64,000 bases of DNA from Myxococcota bacterium (GTDB taxonomy: Bacteria; Myxococcota_A; UBA9160; UBA4427), in NCBI GenBank assembly GCA_036336835.1, contig JAYZFK010000038.1, forward strand, positions 1 to 64,000, read 5' to 3'. Position numbers and translations under genes: made by a program. Position 1 is the stretch's first letter, and each line of letters starts with the position of its first letter. The notes under the pieces are model-generated. The model ran no database searches, was not told the origin of the DNA, and saw only the letters and a list, made by a program, of their open reading frames with translations. Shown one piece after another: positions 27,380-37,229 of the stretch.

Positions 27380-28372
27380 GTGATTCGGGCGCTCGGTCTC
27401 TGGGCAGGGGTCGCGGTCGCGGTGTCGGCTGGGGCCGAGGAGACCGCGCCGGAGCCCTTTCATCCGCAGCATCCACCCGCCGGTGTGTCGGCCGCGCACA
27501 CGATCCACGCCGGGCACATCGCGCTGGGCTACGCGTACCAGAACACGCGCTACGACCAGCTGCGGAATCGGCGCGAGCGCATCAGCGCGCCGGAGTTGAT
27601 CGCGACGACCAGCTACACGAGCGCGCCGAGCCGCGCCGAGGTGGAGCGCCACGAGATCGCGCTGATGTACGCGCCGCTCGAGCGCGTCACGTTGATGGCG
27701 ACGCTGCCGATTCTGGTCAAGGAGATGCGCAATCAGACGGCCACCAGCGCCTTCACCACGCGCGCCAGCGGCGTCGGCGACCTGAAGCTGACGGCGATCG
27801 CGCGCTTCATGAAGCGCGATTTCGAGCGGACGTTCGTCCACCTCGAGCTGGGTGCCCCCACCGGCTCGATCCGCGAGAGCGACGACACCCCGTTCGGGCG
27901 CGAGCGTTTGCCCTACCCGATGCAGCTCGGCACGGGCGTCTGGCACCTGGCCCCGGGCCTCTCCTATCAGGGACAGATCTGGCGCTACACCTGGGGTGGA
28001 CAGGCCAAGACGCTGTTTCGCTTCGGCAAGAACGATCTCGGCTATCGACCCGGCAACGACTACCGCGTGACGGGCTGGCTGGGACGCCAGTGGATCGACG
28101 GTCTGGCGACCTCGGTGCGCCTCGAGTGGCAGCGCTGGGAGAACATCCAGGGCGCCGACCCGCAGCTCGATCCGGACTCGACACCGATCGCCGATCCGAT
28201 GGCGCAGAAGGGCGAGCGCGTCGACGTCGGCTTCGGACTCGATTTGCGCTTCCCGTCCCTGGGGTCGCAGACCTTCGAGGTCGAGGCGACAATCCCGGTA
28301 TGGGAGTGGCTCGATGGACCGCAGCCGAGCTTCGACTGGCGCGTACGCGCCGGCTGGAGATGGGCGCTCTGA
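27380..28372 (+). CDS. Outer-membrane beta-barrel (MetA/phenol-degradation transporter-like)
   Basis: Signal peptide; SGVGDL, APTGSI, RLPYPMQLGTG, Y.PGN. Confidence 0.75.
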   Translation: MIRALGLWAGVAVAVSAGAEETAPEPFHPQHPPAGVSAAHTIHAGHIALGYAYQNTRYDQLRNRRERISAPELIATTSYTSAPSRAEVERHEIALMYAPLERVTLMATLPILVKEMRNQTATSAFTTRASGVGDLKLTAIARFMKRDFERTFVHLELGAPTGSIRESDDTPFGRERLPYPMQLGTGVWHLAPGLSYQGQIWRYTWGGQAKTLFRFGKNDLGYRPGNDYRVTGWLGRQWIDGLATSVRLEWQRWENIQGADPQLDPDSTPIADPMAQKGERVDVGFGLDLRFPSLGSQTFEVEATIPVWEWLDGPQPSFDWRVRAGWRWAL

Positions 28373-29208
28373 AGCCCGCGGCGCTGGCTCTGGCCCTGCT
28401 GCTCGTCTCGGCGTGTGACGATGTGCGCCGCTACAGCGGGCGCGGCACCGTCGAGGACGTGAAGCGCCAGCACGCTCAGGTGCTGATCGATCACGATGAG
28501 ATCCCCGGCCTGATGCCCGCGATGACGATGAACTTCGATGTGCCCGATGCGGGCCTGCTGGCGCGACTCGCGCCCGGGCAGCAGATCTCGTTCACACTGG
28601 TCAAGACGCGTCGCGCGTTCCAGATCGTCGACGTGCGCGTCCTCGGCACCGTGGACGTGGGCGATGAATGGGCGCGGCTCGGCGAGGAGCTGGTGCGCAC
28701 GACCGAGGCGCCGTCCTTCACGCTGATCGACCAGGACGGCGCAACCGTGTCGAGCGACGATCTGCGCGGACGCACCCTGCTGCTCGACTTCATCTTCACG
28801 CAGTGCCCGGGGCCCTGCCCGATCTCGACCGCGCGTCACGTGCAGGTGCAGCGGGCCATTCCCGCCGCGCTTCGCGACGAGATCCAGCTCGTCTCGATCT
28901 CGCTCGATCCCGCCAACGACACGCCCGAGGTGATGCGCGCCTACGCCGAGTCTCGCGGTGCCTCGTTCGACAACTGGTCGTTCCTGAGCGGCGACCCCGA
29001 GACGGTGGACGCCGTCGTCCGAAGCCACTACGTCGGCAAGACGCGCAACGCCGAAGGCGAGATCGAACACCTGCTGGTCACGTTCCTGATCGACGCGCGC
29101 GGTCGGATCCTGCGCCACTACATGGGGACGTCCGACCTGCCGGATGTGATTGCGGCCGATCTGATCGCAGCGGCGACGACGCAGGCTCCCGATGTCGTCG
29201 GCCGGTAG
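28360..29208 (+). CDS. CusF-like plus SCO1/SenC copper chaperone lipoprotein
   Basis: Lipobox VSAC; IDHDEIPGLMPAMTMNF; FIFTQCPGPCP; conserved His in IEH. Confidence 0.9.
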   Translation: MGALKPAALALALLLVSACDDVRRYSGRGTVEDVKRQHAQVLIDHDEIPGLMPAMTMNFDVPDAGLLARLAPGQQISFTLVKTRRAFQIVDVRVLGTVDVGDEWARLGEELVRTTEAPSFTLIDQDGATVSSDDLRGRTLLLDFIFTQCPGPCPISTARHVQVQRAIPAALRDEIQLVSISLDPANDTPEVMRAYAESRGASFDNWSFLSGDPETVDAVVRSHYVGKTRNAEGEIEHLLVTFLIDARGRILRHYMGTSDLPDVIAADLIAAATTQAPDVVGR

Positions 29209-30376
29209 CTCGCTCGCGGCCGACGTCGTCGTCATTGGCGGCGGTATCGCCGGGTGCTCGGCCGCCTGGTTCCTCGCGCAGGAGGGGCTCGACGTCCTGC
29301 TCGTCGAACGCGACGCGGTGGCGGCGCACGCTTCGGGCGCGGCGGCCGGGATGCTGACGCCGACCGCCGAGGGGGAGCCCGGAAGCCCGCTGCTGGTTCG
29401 CGGCCTCGCGGCGCTCGCGCAGCTTCGCGAATCGCTGTGTGCCGAGCTGCGGGCGCGCAGTGGCATCGATCCCGAGTTCGAGCCGTCGGGTGTGCTGCGC
29501 CTCGCCCTGAGCGAGGACGACGAGCGCACCCTCCGGGCGCGCTCGAGCGCGCTGAGCGGGTCGGGAGTCGACGTCGAGTGGCTCGATGCGCAGTCGGCCG
29601 GCGCGCTCCAGCCGGGCCTCGCCGCGGGGCTGCGCGGCGCGAGTTGGTCGCCTCGGGAGGCGCACGTTCGCAGCCCGCTGCTGACCCGCGCCTATGCCGG
29701 CGCAGCGCAGTCGCTGGGTGCGCGCGTGGTTGCGGGCGCGGTGGTCACCGCGCTGGTTCTGGAGGGAGATCGCGTTGCGGGCGTCCGGGTCGCCGGGGCG
29801 CTCGAAGGGGTGATCAGCGCCGGCTGTGTCGTCGTCTGTGCGGGAAGCTGGAGCGGTGCGGTCGGCTCCTGGCTGGGCGCAGTCGTGGCGGCGGGCGCGC
29901 TCCCGCCCGTGGAGCCGGTTCGCGGGCAGATATTGTCGCTGCGCGAGTCGGCGCCCACCGTGCGCACCATCGTATGGGGCGAGGGTGCCTACCTGGTGCC
30001 GAAGCGCGACGGCAGCGTGATCGTGGGCGCCACCGAGGAGCGTGCCGGCTTCGATGCACGCGTCACGGCGCGGGGGATGGCCGAGCTGACGAGTGTTGCG
30101 CCACGCCTGGTCCCCGCGCTCGCCGACGCGGCCTTCGAGCACGGCTGGGCGGGGTTGCGCCCGAGCTCGCCCGACGGGCTGCCATCGATCGGACGCATCG
30201 ACGGGGTCGGTCAGCTGATCGTTGCATACGGGCACTACCGCAGCGGCGTGCTGCTGTCGCCACTCAGTGGCCAGCTCGTGCGCGACCTCGTGATTGGCAA
30301 GGATCCCGGTCGCGACGCGGACGTGTTCGATCCGGCGCGTTTCTCGCGGGCGGCCTCGCCGGACCGATCGAGCTGA
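29192..30376 (+). CDS. thiO: Glycine oxidase
   Basis: VIGGGIAG, ASGAAAGML, PVRGQ, WAGLRP, GHYRSGVLLSP. Confidence 0.85.
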   Translation: MSSAGSSLAADVVVIGGGIAGCSAAWFLAQEGLDVLLVERDAVAAHASGAAAGMLTPTAEGEPGSPLLVRGLAALAQLRESLCAELRARSGIDPEFEPSGVLRLALSEDDERTLRARSSALSGSGVDVEWLDAQSAGALQPGLAAGLRGASWSPREAHVRSPLLTRAYAGAAQSLGARVVAGAVVTALVLEGDRVAGVRVAGALEGVISAGCVVVCAGSWSGAVGSWLGAVVAAGALPPVEPVRGQILSLRESAPTVRTIVWGEGAYLVPKRDGSVIVGATEERAGFDARVTARGMAELTSVAPRLVPALADAAFEHGWAGLRPSSPDGLPSIGRIDGVGQLIVAYGHYRSGVLLSPLSGQLVRDLVIGKDPGRDADVFDPARFSRAASPDRSS

Positions 30377-30386
30377 AGGAGGCAGC

Positions 30387-30932
30387 GTGGCGATCCTGAA
30401 GGTTGCGCGACTGGGCCACCCCGTGCTGCGTCGCGAGTGCCGCGATCTGACCCCGGCCGAGATTCGCTCGGCCGAGAGCGCATCGCTGGTCGCGGACATG
30501 CGCGCCACCATGGCCGAGTACGGCGGCGTCGGTCTCGCGGCGCCGCAGGTGCACGAGTCCATCCGGCTCGCCCTGATCGAGTTCGCCCCGGACGGCGAGC
30601 GCTATGCGGTCGACGAGGCACAGCCGCTGCTCGTCGTGTTCAACGCGCGTGTGACCGTGCTCGACGAGGCGCGCTCGGGCTTCTGGGAGGGCTGCTTGTC
30701 GATCCCCGGCCTGCGCGGCTACGTCGAGCGTCCCTCGAAGATTCGCGTGGACTATCTCGACGAACACGCGAGCGAGCAGTCGATGGTTGCTGAGGGCTTC
30801 CTGGCGACCGTGCTGCAGCACGAGCTCGATCACCTCGACGGCGTGCTCTTCCTCGACCGGATCGAGGAGCCCAGCAAGCTCGCGTTCATGGAGGAATACG
30901 CTCGCTACCACGCGGCCCCGGCGGATGGTTAG
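30387..30932 (+). CDS. def: Peptide deformylase
   Basis: GVGLAAPQV, EGCLSIP, QHELDHLDG; AAGGAGG RBS. Confidence 0.95.
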   Translation: MAILKVARLGHPVLRRECRDLTPAEIRSAESASLVADMRATMAEYGGVGLAAPQVHESIRLALIEFAPDGERYAVDEAQPLLVVFNARVTVLDEARSGFWEGCLSIPGLRGYVERPSKIRVDYLDEHASEQSMVAEGFLATVLQHELDHLDGVLFLDRIEEPSKLAFMEEYARYHAAPADG

Positions 30933-32257
30933 CGGCGCCGATTCCAGAGCCAGTAGAGCGGGAGCCCGCTGGCGATCGTCGCGACCGACAGCGCGGCCTC
31001 GGTCGGCCGCTCGAGCCCCGTGTAGAGTGCGATCCAGAGCGAGCCCGCCATGTAGGCGAGCGGAACCCACGGATACAGGGCGACGCGATAGGGGCGCTCG
31101 AGCTCGGGCTCGCGCACGCGCAGCACCACGACCGAGCTGACTCCGAGCGCGCTGAACACCGCCAGCGCCACACCCGCGTAGACGACGAGCTGCTCGAAGG
31201 TTCCGGTGAACAGCAGCAGAGAGATCCACGCGCTCTGCAACAGCGTCGACGTCGCCGGCGCGCCGCGCGTCGTGGTGCGCGCGAGCGCTGCGGGCACGAC
31301 TCCGTCCTGGGCCATGGCCTGGTAGACGCGCGGGCCGGCCCAGATCATCGAGCTGCAGGCGCCCGCGATCGACAGGCACAGCAGTGCCGATGCGAGCCTC
31401 GCCGCGCCGTCTCCGAACAGCGCCGACGCCACCTTCTCGGCGACCGGCAGTACGGGGTCGGCCGCCAGCGCCTCGGCGGGCAGCGCGTAGAAGTAGACGA
31501 GGTTCACGGCCAGATAGAAGCCGGTGACGAACAGTGTGCCGCCGACCAGCGCACGCGGAAGATTGCGCGCCGGGTCGCGCATCTCGCCGGCGATGTAGCT
31601 GGCCGCGTTCCAGCCCGAGAAGGCGTAGAGCACGAAGATCAGCGCGACGCTGGTGCTGCCGAGCTCAGGACTCACGCCCGGCACACCCCGCGTCAGATTG
31701 CCCCAGCTGCCCTCGCCCCAGGCGAGTGCCGCGATCAGGCCGAGGAAGACCGCGCCGATCTTGGCGATCGTGATCCAGCGCTGGAACCGCCCGCCCTGCT
31801 CCGTGCCGAGCAGGTGCACGCCGGTCAGCGCCCAGACCAGCGCGAGCGCGACGGCCGTCGGCGCGCGCTCGAACAGCGAGCCGGGGGCCAGGGTGCCCAG
31901 GTAGGCCGCGAAGGCCATCGCGGCGGCTGCGATCGCCGCGCCGAAGCCCACGGTGAACGACATCCAGCCGCTCAGGAACCCGCAGAGCGGTCCGAACGCG
32001 CGGCGCAGGTAGACGTACTCGCCGCCGACGCGCGGGATGGCGGCGCCGAGCTCGCCGTAGGACATCGCACCGGCGAGCGCGAGCGCGCCGCCGGCCAGCC
32101 ACAGCAGCAGGATCGCGCCGGGGTCGCCGAGGTCGCGCGCCTGGAAGCCGGTGGTGGTGAAGATCCCGCTGCCGACGGCGTTCGAGATGAGCAGGCAGGC
32201 CGCCGTGAATGCACCGACCCGCCTGCCCGCGTCACTGGCCGTTGCGCCCTCGCTCAC
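30929..32257 (-). CDS. APC family amino acid permease
   Basis: VGSGIF, YGELGAAIPRVGGEYVYL, FSGWN...GEMRDP.RNLP, RPY. Confidence 0.9.
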   Translation of the reverse strand: MSEGATASDAGRRVGAFTAACLLISNAVGSGIFTTTGFQARDLGDPGAILLLWLAGGALALAGAMSYGELGAAIPRVGGEYVYLRRAFGPLCGFLSGWMSFTVGFGAAIAAAAMAFAAYLGTLAPGSLFERAPTAVALALVWALTGVHLLGTEQGGRFQRWITIAKIGAVFLGLIAALAWGEGSWGNLTRGVPGVSPELGSTSVALIFVLYAFSGWNAASYIAGEMRDPARNLPRALVGGTLFVTGFYLAVNLVYFYALPAEALAADPVLPVAEKVASALFGDGAARLASALLCLSIAGACSSMIWAGPRVYQAMAQDGVVPAALARTTTRGAPATSTLLQSAWISLLLFTGTFEQLVVYAGVALAVFSALGVSSVVVLRVREPELERPYRVALYPWVPLAYMAGSLWIALYTGLERPTEAALSVATIASGLPLYWLWNRRR

Positions 32258-32426
32258 GATCCGGTCGGCCCGCAAGCTGCGAGGATCGGCGGCGCGATCA
32301 CCGGAAGGCGCGGGTCCGGCCAGGTCGCGAGGCGGCTCGGGGTGCTGATCACTCGGTCCTCCGGCCGGGGGTTTCCGGCGCAGGGCGGGCAGGGTCTGGA
32401 GCCGCGATCTTGAATCACCGAACCGG

Positions 32427-34292
32427 TCAGTACAAGACCGCGCTCTGGCCCTGCCAGCCGCGCACCTGGCGCGGCTCCAGGCACAGCAGCGACACCCGCG
32501 GTCGGCCCAGGCTGCCCAGCAGGGGGTTGCTGCCATCGGGTGCGCTGCCCAGCACGATCGGCTCGTCGCTCGAGTGGATCGGTCCGAGCGCGTGCAGCGC
32601 CTCGTCCACGACACCGCCGTCCACGAACAGCCGCACTGTGCTCGGGCTCCTCTTCCACCCGAAGACGCTGAAGGCAATCCACTGGCTGCGGCGCCGGTCG
32701 ATCGGGCCGCTGCGGAGCGTGCGCTGCGCGCCCGCCTCGTCGCGCAGCGAGAGCACGACGCGGCCGTTCTCGATCGCGAGGCTCCAGCTCCCGGCGCGCG
32801 CCGCGATCACCTCGCGCTGCCCCCTGTCGGTGACGGCCTCGTTCGGACCGATCTCGACCGCGAAGCTGAAGTCTCCGTCGTGGATGTCGAGTGCGGGGTC
32901 CGGTCCGAGCAGCCTGCGCCCGTCGCCCGACTGCCTGGGCTCGAGCGCAACGTTGCCCACCTCGCGCCGCCACTCCTGGTAGGCGCGGTCGAGTCGCTCG
33001 ACGACATCCGGGTGGAGTTCGGCGAGATCCGTGGTCTCGGCCGGATCGGTGGCCACGTCGTACAGCTCCGGCCGCGCGTCCGCGGCGAGGTCGGCTCCCA
33101 CGATGAGCTTCCACTGCCCATCGCGCACGGCGTAGCTCACGTAGCGACCGAGCGGCTCCTCGAAGTACTCGCGCGAGCGCTTGGCCTCGAAGAACAGCGG
33201 GTGCTCGCGTGTCACGGGTTGGCCTGCCAGGAGCGCCGCGGCGAAGCTCTGACCCCGCACCGGCTGGGCAGGCGGCCGCCCCACGATCTCCGCCAGCGTC
33301 GGCAGCAGGTCGATGCTCGCCACCAGCGAATCGTCGACCCGGCCTGCCGCCACGTGTCCGGGCCAGCGCGCGATCAGCGGAACGCGGATCCCGCCCTCGT
33401 AGAGCGTCGACTTGCCGCCGCGCAGCATTCGGCCGGCGCGCAGCTGGCGCGCGCCTCCGTTGTCGCTGGTGACCAGCACGAGCGTGCTGTCGCGGATCCC
33501 GCGCTCGTCGAGCGACGCGAGGATGCGTCCGATCTGGCGGTCGACGTTGCTGACCATCGCCGCATAACGTCCCTGTCGGCTGGAGAGATCGTAGCCGGTC
33601 GCCGAGTTGTCGTAGTCTGCCGGTACGCTGAGCGGAGCGTGCGGCGCCCAGTACCAGAGATCCAGGAAGAAGGGCGAGCGCAGCTCGCCCAGCAGTCGCA
33701 GCGCTTCGTCGGTCAGGTCCTCGGTCAGGTGGCGCGTTCCGTCGACGCGCCGGCTCGACTGCTCGTCGGTCAGCAGCTCGTAGTGTGTGTAGAGGCCCTT
33801 CTCCGCCTCGTCCGCCGGCTGCCGTCGGACGCTGTGGTCGAAGCCCTTTGCCATTGGCAGGAACTCCAGCCGCCGCGTGCCGAGGTGCCACTTGCCGACG
33901 TGGGCGGTAGCGAGCCCCGCGTCGCGCAGCAGCTCGCCGAGCGTCGGCACGCGGCGCGGGATGCCCCGGCGGCTGCGGCGCCGCACGATCTGACGCAGCC
34001 CGAGCCGTGCGGGCTCGAGGCCGGTCAGGATCGCGGCGCGCGTGGGCGAGCAGACCGGAGAGTTCGCGTAGTACTGCGTGAAGCGCGTTCCCTCTGCGGC
34101 GAGCCGATCGAGCTGCGGCGTGGCGATCTCCCGGCCGCCGTAGGCGCCGAGATCCTCGTAGTCGAGGTCGTCGAGCACGATCAGCACGATGTTGGGCGGA
34201 CCGCCCGGCGGCGATCCCGTCGCGCTGCCGTCGCAGCTGAGCGCGATCGCGGCGACGGCCAGCAGCAGTCGCGCGGCGCAGCGGGTGCTCAA
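32427..34292 (-). CDS. Cys-type (formylglycine) sulfatase, lipoprotein, with C-terminal LamG-like domain
   Basis: PNIVLIVLDDL, CSPTRAAILTG, GKWHLG, SDNG, RGGKSTLYEGGIRVP. Confidence 0.9.
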   Translation of the reverse strand: MSTRCAARLLLAVAAIALSCDGSATGSPPGGPPNIVLIVLDDLDYEDLGAYGGREIATPQLDRLAAEGTRFTQYYANSPVCSPTRAAILTGLEPARLGLRQIVRRRSRRGIPRRVPTLGELLRDAGLATAHVGKWHLGTRRLEFLPMAKGFDHSVRRQPADEAEKGLYTHYELLTDEQSSRRVDGTRHLTEDLTDEALRLLGELRSPFFLDLWYWAPHAPLSVPADYDNSATGYDLSSRQGRYAAMVSNVDRQIGRILASLDERGIRDSTLVLVTSDNGGARQLRAGRMLRGGKSTLYEGGIRVPLIARWPGHVAAGRVDDSLVASIDLLPTLAEIVGRPPAQPVRGQSFAAALLAGQPVTREHPLFFEAKRSREYFEEPLGRYVSYAVRDGQWKLIVGADLAADARPELYDVATDPAETTDLAELHPDVVERLDRAYQEWRREVGNVALEPRQSGDGRRLLGPDPALDIHDGDFSFAVEIGPNEAVTDRGQREVIAARAGSWSLAIENGRVVLSLRDEAGAQRTLRSGPIDRRRSQWIAFSVFGWKRSPSTVRLFVDGGVVDEALHALGPIHSSDEPIVLGSAPDGSNPLLGSLGRPRVSLLCLEPRQVRGWQGQSAVLY

Positions 34293-35638
34293 CGCGCGTA
34301 GCCCAGCGCTTCGAGCGCCTGCTGCGTCTGCTGATCGAGCAGCTCGCCGCCCGGGCTTGCGCCCAGCTCGCTGGCGAACGCCTCGAACAGCGCCTCCGCT
34401 TCCTCGCGCTGCGAAGGCTCCACCGGCCCGCCGTCGTTGGCGAACACCTCGCTCGCGCTGCCGACGTACTCGCGCCCGCCCCGCACCAGGTAGAAGAGCA
34501 GGCCGTCGACCCGCTCGACCGATCCGTCGCTGCGGATGTCCTCGTAGGGCTCGGCGAAGGTCCGTCGCATTCCGACCACCCGTCGGTCCGCGGGCCAGCT
34601 CGCGGGGTCGCTGGTCAGATCGATGCCCGCCCCGGGCAACTCCTCGCCCCCGGCGAGCGATTCGAGCGTCGCGGCCACGTCGACGCTCCCGACCGCGATC
34701 TCACTCGTCCCCGGCGCGACGCGCGGCGATACGACGACGAGTGGAACGCGGATCTGCTCGCTCGTCAGGCGCTCTCCGTGTCCCAGGGAGCCGCTCTCGC
34801 CGAAGCTCTCGCCGTGATCGGAGACGATCACGATATGGGTCTCGATCGACGCGGAATCGGCCAGCAGCCGATCGAACAGGCGGCCGAGGGAGGCGTCGAG
34901 GTAGCGGACGTCGTGGTCGTAGGCGCGCTCGGCCTGGGCAACGCGCGCGGCGGCGCCCGCTGCGTCGGCGCGCAGCGCCTTCTTCAGCCCCACCAGTGTG
35001 ACCGGTTCGGCGCCGGGTGCGTCGCCGTAGGGCTGATGCGCGTCGAAGTAGTGGAACCAGAAGAACTGCTTCTCGCCGGACGATTCGTCGAGCTGGGCCA
35101 GCGCTCTCTCGGTGACGGAGTCGGCCTGCGAGTAGAAGCGCTCGCCGGGCACCTCGATCTGGTTCCAACGGAGCCGCTCCCCGGCGGTGAAGCTGTCCTC
35201 GAAGCGATCGAACCCCTGGTCGAAGCCAAAGCGCTGGTGCACCGGGAAGGAGGAGACGACCGCCGCCGTTGCGAAGCCGCGCGCGCGCATCCGCTCGACC
35301 ACGGTCTCGAGCTCGCTCGCCAGCACCACCCCGTTGCGCGGCACCCCGTGCTGCCACGGATGCAGCCCGGTGAAGATCGAGGCGTGCGTCGGCTGGGTGG
35401 TCGAGGTGGCGGCGTAGCCGTGCCGGAAGACGCGGCCCCGCTCCGCCAGCGCACGCGTGCGCGGCATCGGAAGGCCGAGCTCGCCGCCCCCCTCGAAGCG
35501 GTCGTAGCGCAGCGTGTCGAGCGTGATCAGTACGATCCGCAGCTCCGTGGGTCCCGGAGCGCAGGCCGCCGCCCCGGCCGTGCAGATCAGCGCCAGGGCG
35601 GCTCGGCGGACGCGATCGTGGCTCGAGATGGCGAGAAT
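34289..35638 (-). CDS. Sulfatase-fold lipoprotein with Thr at the nucleophile position
   Basis: ITLDTLRYD, TTQPTHASIFTG, HYFDAH.PY, SDHGE, LEALGY; start proposed at ATT 35638 (ORF track uses TTG 35794). Confidence 0.8.
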   Translation of the reverse strand: MLAISSHDRVRRAALALICTAGAAACAPGPTELRIVLITLDTLRYDRFEGGGELGLPMPRTRALAERGRVFRHGYAATSTTQPTHASIFTGLHPWQHGVPRNGVVLASELETVVERMRARGFATAAVVSSFPVHQRFGFDQGFDRFEDSFTAGERLRWNQIEVPGERFYSQADSVTERALAQLDESSGEKQFFWFHYFDAHQPYGDAPGAEPVTLVGLKKALRADAAGAAARVAQAERAYDHDVRYLDASLGRLFDRLLADSASIETHIVIVSDHGESFGESGSLGHGERLTSEQIRVPLVVVSPRVAPGTSEIAVGSVDVAATLESLAGGEELPGAGIDLTSDPASWPADRRVVGMRRTFAEPYEDIRSDGSVERVDGLLFYLVRGGREYVGSASEVFANDGGPVEPSQREEAEALFEAFASELGASPGGELLDQQTQQALEALGYAR

Positions 35639-35793
35639 GGGGCGGTCCTCCGAGCAGCCGGCGCGACCGCGGCAGCGTAGTGGGGCCGCGGGGGCTCCGC
35701 TCGCCCCCTTCGACACCGCGCACGCGACCGGCCACAATAGGGCGGGCGCCGCCGCCCCATCCCTGCAAATCCTCGAGCCCAGGAACGAACCCA

Positions 35794-36984
35794 ATGCCCA
35801 AGCTTCACTATCCCGCCTTCGACTGCGACAACCACTACTACGAGGCGGCAGACGCCTTCACCCGCCACGTGCCGAAGGCGATGCAGCGTCGCTGCGTACA
35901 GTGGTGCGAGATCGACGGGCGCAAGCACCATCTGGTGGGCGGCAGGCTCGCCCACGCCGTCACCAACCCCACCTGGGATCCGATCGCCAAGCCCGGGGCG
36001 ATCGCAGACTTCCTGCGCGGCAACCCGAACGACAAGGATCCGAAGGATCTGATGCGCGATCGCGAGCCGCTTCCCGCCTACTACATGGACCCCGATGCGC
36101 GCGTCGCGAAGCTCGACGAGCAGGGCCTCGAGGCGATGTGGCTGTTCCCGACGCTCGGCGTGCTCTACGAGGAGCTGATCAAGCAGGACACCGACGCGGT
36201 GGTCACCCTGTTTCGCGCCTTCAACCGCTGGCTCGAAGAAGACTGGGGCTGCAACTACAAGGGCCGGATCTTCGCCTCGCCCTACATCACGCTGGCCGAC
36301 GTCGACTTCGCCTGCGAGGAGCTCGAGTGGGCGCTGGCTCACGACGCGCGCACGGTTGCAATGCGTCCGGCCGCGATCTCGACCCGCCACGATGGCACCC
36401 TGTCTCCTTCGCATCCGAAGTTCGATCCGTTCTGGGCTCGGGTGAACGAGGCCGGCATCACCGTGGTGATCCACGCCGGCGACTCGGGCTACACGACGCA
36501 CGGGTACGTGAAGGACGGCTTCTCGGCAGACTTCGGCGGGGTCTTCTCTCCCAACATCAAGCACTTCAACATCGAGCGCGCCGCCTACGACTTCCTGATC
36601 ACGCTCGCCTACGAGCGGCTTTTCGAGCGCTTCCCCAACCTGCGCATCGCCTCGGTCGAGAACGGCGCCGAGTTCCTGCCGGATCTGTTCCGCAAGCTTC
36701 GCCACTCGCGCGATCGGCTGCGCAACGCGGGCTACTACAAGGAAGACCCCGCGCTGCTGTTCAAGGAGCACGTCTGGATCAATCCGTTCTGGGAAGACGA
36801 CGTGGACGAGATCCTCGCGTGCATGGGCGAGGATCGCGTGATCTTCGGCTCGGACTGGCCGCACGTCGAGGGCATGCCGGAGCCGCTCGACTTCGCCGCT
36901 GAGATCGCGCACTTCAGCGAGCCGGCGCAGCGCAAGATCCTGCGCGAGAACACGGCTTTTTTGAACGACCGCCGACCGGCATAG
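35794..36984 (+). CDS. Amidohydrolase family 2 protein
   Basis: FDCDNHYYE, FPTLG, FDPFWARV, FERFPNLRIASVENG, FGSDWPH.EG. Confidence 0.9.
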   Translation: MPKLHYPAFDCDNHYYEAADAFTRHVPKAMQRRCVQWCEIDGRKHHLVGGRLAHAVTNPTWDPIAKPGAIADFLRGNPNDKDPKDLMRDREPLPAYYMDPDARVAKLDEQGLEAMWLFPTLGVLYEELIKQDTDAVVTLFRAFNRWLEEDWGCNYKGRIFASPYITLADVDFACEELEWALAHDARTVAMRPAAISTRHDGTLSPSHPKFDPFWARVNEAGITVVIHAGDSGYTTHGYVKDGFSADFGGVFSPNIKHFNIERAAYDFLITLAYERLFERFPNLRIASVENGAEFLPDLFRKLRHSRDRLRNAGYYKEDPALLFKEHVWINPFWEDDVDEILACMGEDRVIFGSDWPHVEGMPEPLDFAAEIAHFSEPAQRKILRENTAFLNDRRPA

Positions 36985-37229
36985 CAAGCACCGCCTGTGA
37001 GTGGTGCCGCACCGCTGGGGGGGGGTCGATGGTACAGGAGGCCCCAGAAACCGGATAGGAAGAACAGAATGCTGATGAGGAAGAAGGTCACTGTTGGCGC
37101 GGCCACGTGCAGATTGTATTTGCACATCGCGTTCCAGAACCCATTCGATCCGACCTTGCGGAAGTCCGCCTTATTATCGAAACTTCCAAGGTGATAACCC
37201 GCCGCCACGACCCCCGCTGATCCCGCCCG

